A DNA stretch of 13,264 bases from Hadesarchaea archaeon (GTDB lineage: Archaea; Hadarchaeota; Hadarchaeia; Hadarchaeales; Hadarchaeaceae): assembly GCA_030619825.1 (NCBI GenBank), contig JAUXAS010000020.1, forward strand, positions 1 through 13,264, in the 5' to 3' direction. This document shows, piece by piece, positions 1 to 6,857 of the stretch. The notes beneath the pieces were generated by a model, which saw only the letters and a program-made list of their open reading frames with translations, did not search any database and was not told the origin of the DNA. The position numbers and the translations under genes were made by a program. How positions within the stretch are numbered: the first letter of the stretch is position 1; every line of letters begins with the position of its first letter.

Positions 1-1
1 G

Positions 2-250
2 GATTTGGAGATTCATCTGAGGACCCTGGGCGTGGACACTCTCATAATCACGGGCATGCACACCAACATCTGCTGCCAGACGACTGCACGAGATGGATTC
101 ATGAGGGATTTCAAGATAGTTTTTGTTTCAGATGGCGTGGCATCGTTTACACCAGAATTGCACAAAGCAGGCCTCGTGGACATCGCCGTTGCTTTCGGCA
201 GGGTAATGAGTTCTGCAGGGGTCATCAAGGAAATAGAAAGTTCGGGTTGA
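2..250 (+). CDS. Cysteine hydrolase (isochorismatase/nicotinamidase/RutB-like family), C-terminal part; 5' end lies outside the window
   Basis: The frame is open from position 2 (DLEIHLRTLGVDTLIITGMHTNICCQTTARDGFMRDFKIVFVSDGVAS...H). This matches the isochorismatase-family signature L..LGVDTLI+TG..TN.C..TARD with the catalytic Cys. The TTG at 5 is probably not the real start. Confidence 0.9.
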   Translation, partial: DLEIHLRTLGVDTLIITGMHTNICCQTTARDGFMRDFKIVFVSDGVASFTPELHKAGLVDIAVAFGRVMSSAGVIKEIESSG

Positions 251-259
251 TGGAGCGTG

Positions 260-274
260 GGTAATTTTTATAAG
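260..274 (+). promoter_or_regulatory. Putative archaeal BRE/TATA promoter for fdrA
   Basis: GGTAATT-TTTATAAG (TATA at 267-274) lies in the intergenic gap about 53 nt upstream of the ATG at 327, followed by an SD-like GAGGGGT. Sequence pattern only. Confidence 0.5.
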
Positions 275-326
275 GTTTTCTCGTGACTCTTACCTGAAGT
301 TTCAAAGAAGGAGACCGAGGGGTTGA

Positions 327-1910
327 ATGGCCGTTAAAAGTTTGGTGCTCAAAAACGAATACCGAGATTCCATTTTTCTGATGCGGATCTCCAAAAAGCT
401 TGAGGAGCTCGAGGGGGTACAGAAGGCATCGGCGATAATGGCGACCGATGCAAACAAGGATTTGCTCAGAGATGCGGGCATGCTCACTGACGAGATCAAA
501 GGCGCGAGTTCCAACGATTTGATGATAGTGATCGATGCCGTGAGTTCCGAGCGCGCGGGTGAGGTGATATCGAGTGCTGAGGGGATACTGGCGGAAGAAG
601 CAAAGAAGCGAGTAGAAGAAGCTGAAGTAATCTATAAAACACTCGACTCGGCAATCGGTGCAGAGGCCGAGTCCAACTTGGTCCTGATTTCGGTGCCCGG
701 CGAGTTTGCAGCCAGAGAGGCCGAGCGTGCGCTGAAAGCCGGCAAGCACGTAATGATATTCAGCGACGGTGTGTCTGAAGAGGATGAGATACGGCTGAAG
801 CATCTAGGGAAGGAGAAAGGCCTGTTGGTGATGGGTCCCGACTGCGGTACGGCGATTATAAATGGAATCGGTCTCGGATTCGCAAACGTTATCAAGCGGG
901 GATCCGTTGGCGTGGTTGCCGCGTCGGGGACCGGAGCTCAAGAAGTTACCTCGTTGATAAGCGCTGGCCCCGGGATTTCCCACGCTATCGGCACGGGGGG
1001 TCGCGATCTGCACGACGAGGTAGGTGGAATCACTATGCTCATGGGGCTCAAGAGCTTGGCCGACGATCCGGAGACTAAGACCATCGTTCTCATCTCAAAG
1101 CCGCCATCCCCAGAAGTAGCGAAACGTATTTTGAAGGCTGCAAGCGAGGTCGGAAAACCCACGGTAGTCAATTTTCTTGGCGGTGACCCGAAAATCATTG
1201 AGAAAATCAATTTGATCCTCGCCGTCACACTCGAGGACGCCGCGGCGAAGGCGATTGCACTCCAGCGGGGGGAAAAGCCCAAAGGTGTGACATTTTCCGC
1301 TGATTTGAATGAGGTCAAAAACACGGCCGAGAAGGAATACGAGGGGATCGGGCCTAATCAACGCTACATCCGCGGCATTTACTCGGGTGGAACTTTCTGC
1401 AGCGAGGCCATGTTAATCGTGCGAGATTTGGTTGGTGATGTGTACTCGAACGCGCCGCTGAAACCGAAGCTGAAATTAAAGGATTCGAACAAGAGCAAGG
1501 AACACACCTTCGTTGACATGGGGGAGGACGAATTCACGGCCGAAATCGGCAAACCTCACCCAATGATATACCACGAGCTCAGGCAGAAGAGAATACTTCA
1601 GGATGCTTCTGATCCGGAAACTATGGTGATCCTCCTCGATGTCGTGCTCGGATATGGAGCTCATGAGGACCCGGCCGGCGCTTTGGCACCAACCTTGAGG
1701 GAGGCTAAGAAAATCGCGGAAAAAGAGGGAAGGTATCTCCCGGTAGTAGCATCGGTCTGTGGTACGGCCCAAGATCCTCAGAACCTAACAGCCCAAGAGA
1801 AAAAACTTAAGGGAGCTGGTGTGGTAGTCATGCCGAGCAACGCTCAGGCGGCGCGGATGGCTGCGCTGATTGCAACCAAGGGTGAGGCTTGGAATAAGAT
1901 GGTAGGGTGA
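327..1910 (+). CDS. fdrA: FdrA/YahF-family acyl-CoA synthetase-like protein (AllF-like, SucD-related CoA-ligase fold)
   Basis: N-terminal Y.DS+.LM.IS..L...MAT.ANK.LL, plus LISVPGEFAA, MIFSD, LVMGPDCGT, ASGTGAQE, GTGGRDL, LISKPP, GGTFCSEA, GKPHPMI, LDVVLGYGAHEDP and CGT..DPQ are all FdrA-family motifs. Confidence 0.93.
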   Translation: MAVKSLVLKNEYRDSIFLMRISKKLEELEGVQKASAIMATDANKDLLRDAGMLTDEIKGASSNDLMIVIDAVSSERAGEVISSAEGILAEEAKKRVEEAEVIYKTLDSAIGAEAESNLVLISVPGEFAAREAERALKAGKHVMIFSDGVSEEDEIRLKHLGKEKGLLVMGPDCGTAIINGIGLGFANVIKRGSVGVVAASGTGAQEVTSLISAGPGISHAIGTGGRDLHDEVGGITMLMGLKSLADDPETKTIVLISKPPSPEVAKRILKAASEVGKPTVVNFLGGDPKIIEKINLILAVTLEDAAAKAIALQRGEKPKGVTFSADLNEVKNTAEKEYEGIGPNQRYIRGIYSGGTFCSEAMLIVRDLVGDVYSNAPLKPKLKLKDSNKSKEHTFVDMGEDEFTAEIGKPHPMIYHELRQKRILQDASDPETMVILLDVVLGYGAHEDPAGALAPTLREAKKIAEKEGRYLPVVASVCGTAQDPQNLTAQEKKLKGAGVVVMPSNAQAARMAALIATKGEAWNKMVG

Positions 1911-2077
1911 TGACCGTGGAGCTTCTCCGTAAACCTAAGATCATTAACGTCGGTACCAGGAATTTTCACGATAGCCTCATAGCCCAGGGAGCTGATTCGG
2001 TTCACGTCGATTGGAAGCCACCCGCAGGGGGCGACCAAGAGATGATAAAGTTGCTCGATAAATTGGATAAACTTTGA
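1910..2077 (+). CDS. Small FdrA C-terminal-domain protein (55 aa), not in the supplied ORF track
   Basis: The ATG overlaps the fdrA stop (TGATG). It translates to MTVELLRKPKIINVGTRNFHDSLIAQGADSVHVDWKPPAGGDQEMIKLLDKLDKL*, with TGA at 2075-2077. The IN+G...F...L.......VH..W.P.AGG....+L..L pattern matches the C-terminal ~50 aa of E. coli FdrA. It fills the gap to the DUF1116 gene. Confidence 0.88.
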   Translation: MTVELLRKPKIINVGTRNFHDSLIAQGADSVHVDWKPPAGGDQEMIKLLDKLDKL

Positions 2078-2098
2078 ATTAATCGAGGGGGTGACAAG

Positions 2099-3340
2099 TT
2101 GGGGAAAATAGAGAAAGCAAACGAGGAAGCCGTCAAAAAGATCCTTGAAGCTAAGCCAGTAGCAATAGGTGTCAAGAAGGCAAAGGATGTTATTCCGGGA
2201 ATGAAGGAACGCATGCTCCTGCACGCAGGTCCCCCCATCGAATGGAAGCGAATGTCAGGCCCGACGCGTGGCGCGGTAATAGGTGCGACGATTTTCGAAG
2301 GCTGGGCCGATAAGGAAGCGGGAGCTGTTAAACTTGCTGAGAGAGGGGAGATAGAGTTCGCCCCCTGTCACGATCATGACGCGGTGGGTCCAATGGCCGG
2401 AGTAATTTCCCCCTCGATGTCAGTATACATCGTCGAGAATCAAACGCACGGTAATAAGGCGTATTGTAACTTCAACGAGGGGTTAGGGAAGGTCCTGAGG
2501 TACGGAGCCTACTCCGATGAGGTAATTGAGAATCTGAAGTGGATGGAGAAAGAAATGTCGCCGCTTCTCACGGAGGTCTTCAAGCGATCGGGCCCGATTG
2601 ATCTAAAGGAAATAATCTCCAAGGCGCTTCACATGGGCGACGAGTGCCACTGTCGGAACGTCGCAACGAGCTTGTTATTCCTGAAAACCATGACTCCCCA
2701 CGTGATTGAAACAGGCTTCGACGGGGAGATTATCAGCAGGGTAATGAAATTCATGGGCGACAACGTGTTGACCTTCCTCAACCTCTTGATGCCAGCCTGT
2801 AAGGCCATGCTCGACGCAGGTCACGGCATCGAGTACAGCACCATAGTAACGGCGTTAACGAGGAACGGCACCGACTTCGGCATCCGGGTCAGCGGTTTGC
2901 CCGGACAGTGGTTCACGGCACCAGCCCCAACGCCTGAAACCCTGTTCTTCCCGGGCTTCAAGAAGGGGGACGAGGGCCGAGATATAGGAGATAGTGCAAT
3001 CGCTGAGACCATGGGTTTGGGAGGTTTTGCGTCGGCGAATTCACCGGCGGTAGTCCAAGTGGTCGGGGGGACGCCACAAGATGCGGCGAATTACTCGCGG
3101 GAGATGAGGGAGATAACCGTTACCAAGCACACGAGCTTCACGATGCCTTTCATGAACTTTGAGGGTACGCCGCTTGGTATAGATATCCGCAAAGTCGTTG
3201 AGACAGGGATTCTGCCTTTCATCAATACCGGTGTGGCACACAAGGATCCCGGGGTTGGCGGGGTAGGATTTGGCCTCGTACGAGCACCGATGGATTGCTT
3301 TAAAAAAGCACTAAAGGCATTCGCTGAGAAATACGGATAA
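2099..3340 (+). CDS. ylbE: DUF1116 family protein (YlbE/AllG/YahG-like), partner of FdrA
   Basis: Motifs LLHAGPPI.W, PCHDH.AVGPMAG, NEGLGKVLRYGA, ALHMGDE.H.RN, RNGTDFGIRVSG, D+GDSAI.ET.GLGG and INTG+AHK. TTG start preceded by SD GAGGGGGTGA. Adjacent to fdrA as in allFG and yahFG. Confidence 0.92.
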   Translation: MGKIEKANEEAVKKILEAKPVAIGVKKAKDVIPGMKERMLLHAGPPIEWKRMSGPTRGAVIGATIFEGWADKEAGAVKLAERGEIEFAPCHDHDAVGPMAGVISPSMSVYIVENQTHGNKAYCNFNEGLGKVLRYGAYSDEVIENLKWMEKEMSPLLTEVFKRSGPIDLKEIISKALHMGDECHCRNVATSLLFLKTMTPHVIETGFDGEIISRVMKFMGDNVLTFLNLLMPACKAMLDAGHGIEYSTIVTALTRNGTDFGIRVSGLPGQWFTAPAPTPETLFFPGFKKGDEGRDIGDSAIAETMGLGGFASANSPAVVQVVGGTPQDAANYSREMREITVTKHTSFTMPFMNFEGTPLGIDIRKVVETGILPFINTGVAHKDPGVGGVGFGLVRAPMDCFKKALKAFAEKYG

Positions 3341-3516
3341 GCCTAATGGAATGAAGTAAAGGGGATACCAACTCGGCGTGGATTGGGAGCTATCACCGTT
3401 GGCCCAAAAGGGTGCTGTTAGCGAAGGAAATCGCGACTAAAAAGAGTTACCTCGGTATTAGACAGGCGTAGCTCTATTTTCCGTGAAAGCGGCGGACAGT
3501 TTGATTCTTGATGATT

Positions 3517-3972
3517 TTAAAAACAATCAATCCCATTGTTGATTCTTCTTATAATTTCCAATCTTCTTTCCGGAGAATTGTCGTGTATATACTGCACCCA
3601 TGTTATGGCGTCTCTTAAATTTTTATCGATGTTTTTCATTTCTTCCTCGGAAATTTTATCACAGACTTCCTCCAACTCGTGCCACTTCTTTACTCGGTCT
3701 ATCCCTCCCACTTCTTTAAAAAGCAGCTGGATGGTTTGGGCAAAGGCCTTTCTCCACTTAGCGATGGAAGGAATATCTATGTGGGCTTTCTTCAACCAAG
3801 TTACTCCTTCTTTGACTTGTGGATCATCTATTAGATCAACTACTTCTTGAGGAGCTAGTCTTGCTATTGTTTCACACTTTTCGTATTTTTCTGCATCTGG
3901 AAGTTCTCTCATTTCCAGTTCTCGGATTAGCGTAGCTGCTTTTTCAGTTGGACTTTTCTTCTCAGAACTCAA
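3517..3972 (-). CDS. Hypothetical alpha-helical protein (151 aa) with an internal two-fold repeat
   Basis: Open frame with a Glu/Lys-rich, protein-like composition. TTG start with SD-like GGGGAG and an upstream TATA-like box. No family recognised. Confidence 0.7.
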   Translation of the reverse strand: MSSEKKSPTEKAATLIRELEMRELPDAEKYEKCETIARLAPQEVVDLIDDPQVKEGVTWLKKAHIDIPSIAKWRKAFAQTIQLLFKEVGGIDRVKKWHELEEVCDKISEEEMKNIDKNLRDAITWVQYIHDNSPERRLEIIRRINNGIDCF

Positions 3973-4021
3973 AAAGTTTCTCCCCGTTGATTGGTTATTC
4001 TTGATGTCTCTTCTGTGTTCT

Positions 4022-4041
4022 TCTTAAAACATCTTTTTATT
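4022..4041 (-). promoter_or_regulatory. Putative BRE/TATA promoter for the 151-aa hypothetical gene
   Basis: The minus strand reads ATAAAAAGATG-TTTTAAGA: a purine-rich BRE-like run followed by a TTTTAA box, about 50 nt upstream of the start at 3972. Confidence 0.4.
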
Positions 4042-4058
4042 AAAGGAGAACCAAAAAA

Positions 4059-4340
4059 ATAAAATTTCCACTGCAGCTTAAGCAGATGATTGATAGAGCA
4101 GCAGATGACGTGGAGGGCTTCTGGGAGGATATTGCTAAGGAGCTCCACTGGTTTGAACCTTGGGATAAGGTCTACGAAGAGGGAAAATACCCATTTTTCA
4201 GGTGGTTCGTGGACGGGAAGACCAACTTATCTCACAATTGTCTTGACTATCAAGTTTCGCAGAAAAACCGGGGGGACAAAGCGGCCATAATCTGGGAATC
4301 GGGTGAGAAGGGAAAACAAAAATCAAGTGAAATGACTTAA
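4059..4340 (+). pseudogene. acs: Truncated AMP-forming acetyl-CoA synthetase: N-terminal fragment only
   Basis: FWEDIAKELHWFEPWDKV...FFRWFVDGKTNLSHNCLD.......DKAAIIWE is the Acs N-terminal signature. The frame stops at 4340, a few codons after AAIIWE, whereas Acs is normally about 650 aa. SD AAAGGAGA (4042-4049) precedes an in-frame ATA at 4059 (possible decayed start); the first ATG is at 4086. Confidence 0.8.
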
Positions 4341-6679
4341 AATGTGATATCCTCGCTCTTAATCATCTTGACGAGCGTCTGCCTAGCTCCGGCATTAAGC
4401 TTCCCAAACGACTTGATCTTCTTCACGTGCTTCTCGATGAGCTTTGGAAGGTACAAATACATCGGCATCATCAAGGTCTCAAATGTTACTCTTTCTTTCT
4501 CGACCCCGGCTCGCTCGAGTTTCTCTTGGATACCGGTGACCCTCGATGAAATAATTTCGGCCTCTTTACCCTCCTTTTCGCACAGGAGAACGGCATCCGC
4601 CCCCATGCGAAGACATTCCAGCATGAAATTCTCGCTAAGCATCGCGGTCGAAGGCACTCTGATGATTTCCAAGTTGTGCAGATATTTGAGCCTCGAAGTC
4701 CCAGCGGTGTCGGCAGTTGTGTAACACACGGAGTCCTCGAAGAACCCCACGATTTTCACTTCATCGGTTGCGCGGCTCAAGAGCCCCTCGACCTCCGCTC
4801 TCAGCTGCTTTCGAGTATAGTGGGCAAGCTCCAACGCCTGCCGTTTGCACACACCCACACAAACCCCGCAACCGGCACACGACAACGGATCCACGCGAGG
4901 CCCTTCATCCGTCAAAGTGATTGCGCCGTAAGTGCATGCGTCCACGCAATCGCCGCATTTGTCACACGTGCCCACCAGTCGAGGTATGAGGGGGCTCGTC
5001 TCATACTCCCCCTGACCGATGAAGCTCACTGCTTTCATGGCGGCTGCCGTGCCATCAACGGTGCTTTCGTGCACGTCCTTGGGGCCCAAAACGGTTCCGG
5101 CTGCATAAACGCCCGGCTTTTGTGTCGCAACGGGGTCTAGTTTGAGGTGTTTCTCCGCCAAAAATCCATCGGGGCCAAGTGGAACCCTTAACTTCTCGGC
5201 CAGTCCCTTCGTCCCTGGATTCGGCTTGATGAGGGGACACGGGATGACCATGTCAAACGTCTTTCTCAACATCCCTCCACCATCGATGTCTTCGGCTATT
5301 ATCTCGAGCTTGTTCGCCCCCTCGACCGAGACCTCGCCGGGTCTGCCGTGGACGAACACGACTCCGTGCTCTTTGGCTTTGTGATAGAACTCCTCCAAAC
5401 CTTTTCCAGACATTCGCATGTCGGTGTAATAAATCCAAACGTCCATGTAAGGTAGCATCTCCTTCAACATTATCGCCTGCTTGACGGAATAAGGACAGCA
5501 CACCCTGCTGCAATAGGGGGTGCCCCGCGCCTTGTCCCTCGATCCCGTGCACAGGAGGTAAGCCACGCTCCTCACCCTGCGTCCATCGTTCGTCTTCAAA
5601 ACGCGTCCCGCGGCCAGCTCGTTCTCTATCAAGCGTTCGAGCTGCAGCGGCGAGATGCAGTTGGGGCTAGGTTTGTACTGCAAGAATTCATCGAGAGACG
5701 CCAACTCGTACCCGGTCGCGAGAATTATCGCACCAACGGCTTGTCGGATGGTTTTGTCTTCGTCCTCGAGATTTATCGCCTCCGCCGGGCAAACCTTGAC
5801 GCACTTTCCACACCGATTACAGTTCTCGAAATCAATCACGTAAGCTGCCGGAACCGCCTGAGGGAAAGGCAGGTATATCGCCTTCCTTTTGTAAAGCCCT
5901 TCCTCGAACTCGTTTGGTACTTCGACAGGACAAACTTTCTCACACAGAGCACAGCGTGTACATCGCTCGATATCGACGCCCCTGGCCTTGGTCCTAACCT
6001 CCACCTCGAAATTACCCGGGCTGCCTTTGATGGCTTCGACCTCGGCATTCGTCAATAAAGTCACGCGCGGATGCGTTGCCACATCGACAAATCTCGGTGC
6101 GAGGATGCATGGGGAACAATCCAGAGTCGGGAATACTTTGCTTAGTTGTATCATTCTCCCACCAACGCTCGGCTTACGTTCGAGTAACACAACGTGATAT
6201 CCCGCGTCAGCTAGGTGAAGTGTCGTGGTGATGCCCGCTATCCCGCCTCCGACCACCATGATGTCTCGGTTGAGTTTGACCTTTTGAGGCGAGAGCTCCT
6301 CGAGTTCCTTCGCGCGCTCGATGGCTGCTTTCATGAGGTCCACGGCCTTGGGGGTGGCCTCTTCTTTCCGATGAACCCACGAGCACTGCTCTCTCAAATT
6401 TGCGTGCGTGAAGAGGAACTTGTTGAGCCCCGCCTCCTCGAAAGTGCGCATGAATGTCTTCTCGTGCATGTGGGGGGAACATGCTCCTATGACCACACGT
6501 TTTAATCCATGGCGTTTAATCGCATCCTTCACGGCTTCAAGAGCCGGCTTCGAGCACAGGAACTTGTGTATTTCGACCGCGGAAACCTCGGGGATCTCCT
6601 CAACCGTTTTTCGAATGTTTTCTAGGTCAACGGTGGCCTTGATGTTGATGCCGCACTCGCAGAGGAAAACACCTATCAT
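4337..6679 (-). CDS. hdrA: Heterodisulfide reductase subunit A (HdrA)-family flavo-iron-sulfur protein with fused C-terminal MvhD-like domain
   Basis: IGVFLCECG...CS...ACSP..HE.TF...NLREQCSWVH (N-terminal cluster); GGGIAG (FAD); FPTLDCSPCI; inserted ferredoxin CTRCALCEKVCP/CNRCGKCVKVCP; CTGSRD...YCSRVCC; C-terminal ferredoxin CDKCGDCVDAC/CAGCGVCVGVC; then an MvhD-like IVGF......Y..ADTAGTSRL.Y...+.IIRV...GAD.V segment. Confidence 0.93.
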   Translation of the reverse strand: MIGVFLCECGINIKATVDLENIRKTVEEIPEVSAVEIHKFLCSKPALEAVKDAIKRHGLKRVVIGACSPHMHEKTFMRTFEEAGLNKFLFTHANLREQCSWVHRKEEATPKAVDLMKAAIERAKELEELSPQKVKLNRDIMVVGGGIAGITTTLHLADAGYHVVLLERKPSVGGRMIQLSKVFPTLDCSPCILAPRFVDVATHPRVTLLTNAEVEAIKGSPGNFEVEVRTKARGVDIERCTRCALCEKVCPVEVPNEFEEGLYKRKAIYLPFPQAVPAAYVIDFENCNRCGKCVKVCPAEAINLEDEDKTIRQAVGAIILATGYELASLDEFLQYKPSPNCISPLQLERLIENELAAGRVLKTNDGRRVRSVAYLLCTGSRDKARGTPYCSRVCCPYSVKQAIMLKEMLPYMDVWIYYTDMRMSGKGLEEFYHKAKEHGVVFVHGRPGEVSVEGANKLEIIAEDIDGGGMLRKTFDMVIPCPLIKPNPGTKGLAEKLRVPLGPDGFLAEKHLKLDPVATQKPGVYAAGTVLGPKDVHESTVDGTAAAMKAVSFIGQGEYETSPLIPRLVGTCDKCGDCVDACTYGAITLTDEGPRVDPLSCAGCGVCVGVCKRQALELAHYTRKQLRAEVEGLLSRATDEVKIVGFFEDSVCYTTADTAGTSRLKYLHNLEIIRVPSTAMLSENFMLECLRMGADAVLLCEKEGKEAEIISSRVTGIQEKLERAGVEKERVTFETLMMPMYLYLPKLIEKHVKKIKSFGKLNAGARQTLVKMIKSEDITF

Positions 6680-6812
6680 CCTATCCCGAATATAAATTAG
6701 TTTACTTGTATGTATTTAGCTGATTCGCTCCTTTGACTGTTGCGCCCACGTGCTTCTGATTGGGCACTAAGTGTAAGAACTAAAAAATAGTACATGTGAA
6801 AGAAATCCGCTA

Positions 6813-6828
6813 CCGTAAAATTTATTTG
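6813..6828 (+). promoter_or_regulatory. Possible BRE/TATA promoter for the acdA-acdB-padB operon
   Basis: CCGTAAAA-TTTATTTG about 30-37 nt upstream of the ATG at 6858, in the divergent intergenic region. The TATA match is imperfect, and the spacing would put the start site within or near the SD GAGGGGG. Confidence 0.3.
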
Positions 6829-6857
6829 GTCACCGAGCAACGAGGGGGACGATATCC

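Noticed and set aside
225..803. 192-aa minus-strand ORF and other antisense ORFs over fdrA and DUF1116
   Set aside because: Shadow frames opposite well-supported genes; no motifs and atypical composition.
3341..3516. 176-bp gap after DUF1116: possible decayed DUF2877 start, TGA read-through ORF (ATG GAA TGA then about 37 open codons) or ncRNA
   Set aside because: No SD, no convincing homology, and no clear SECIS or stable hairpin seen by eye.
4337..6679. Evidence for methanogenesis or sulfate reduction (HdrABC or QmoB)
   Set aside because: No hdrBC, mvhAG, apr or qmo neighbours in the window, and HdrA homologs are widespread. The N-terminal Cys domain is HdrA-type.
6691..6696. TTTATA on the minus strand as the hdrA TATA box
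   Set aside because: Only about 12 nt from the start codon, too close for an archaeal TATA box.
6744..6765. Inverted repeat GCCCA...TGGGC in the hdrA/acdA divergent region as an operator
   Set aside because: Only 5-bp arms and not repeated elsewhere; indistinguishable from chance.
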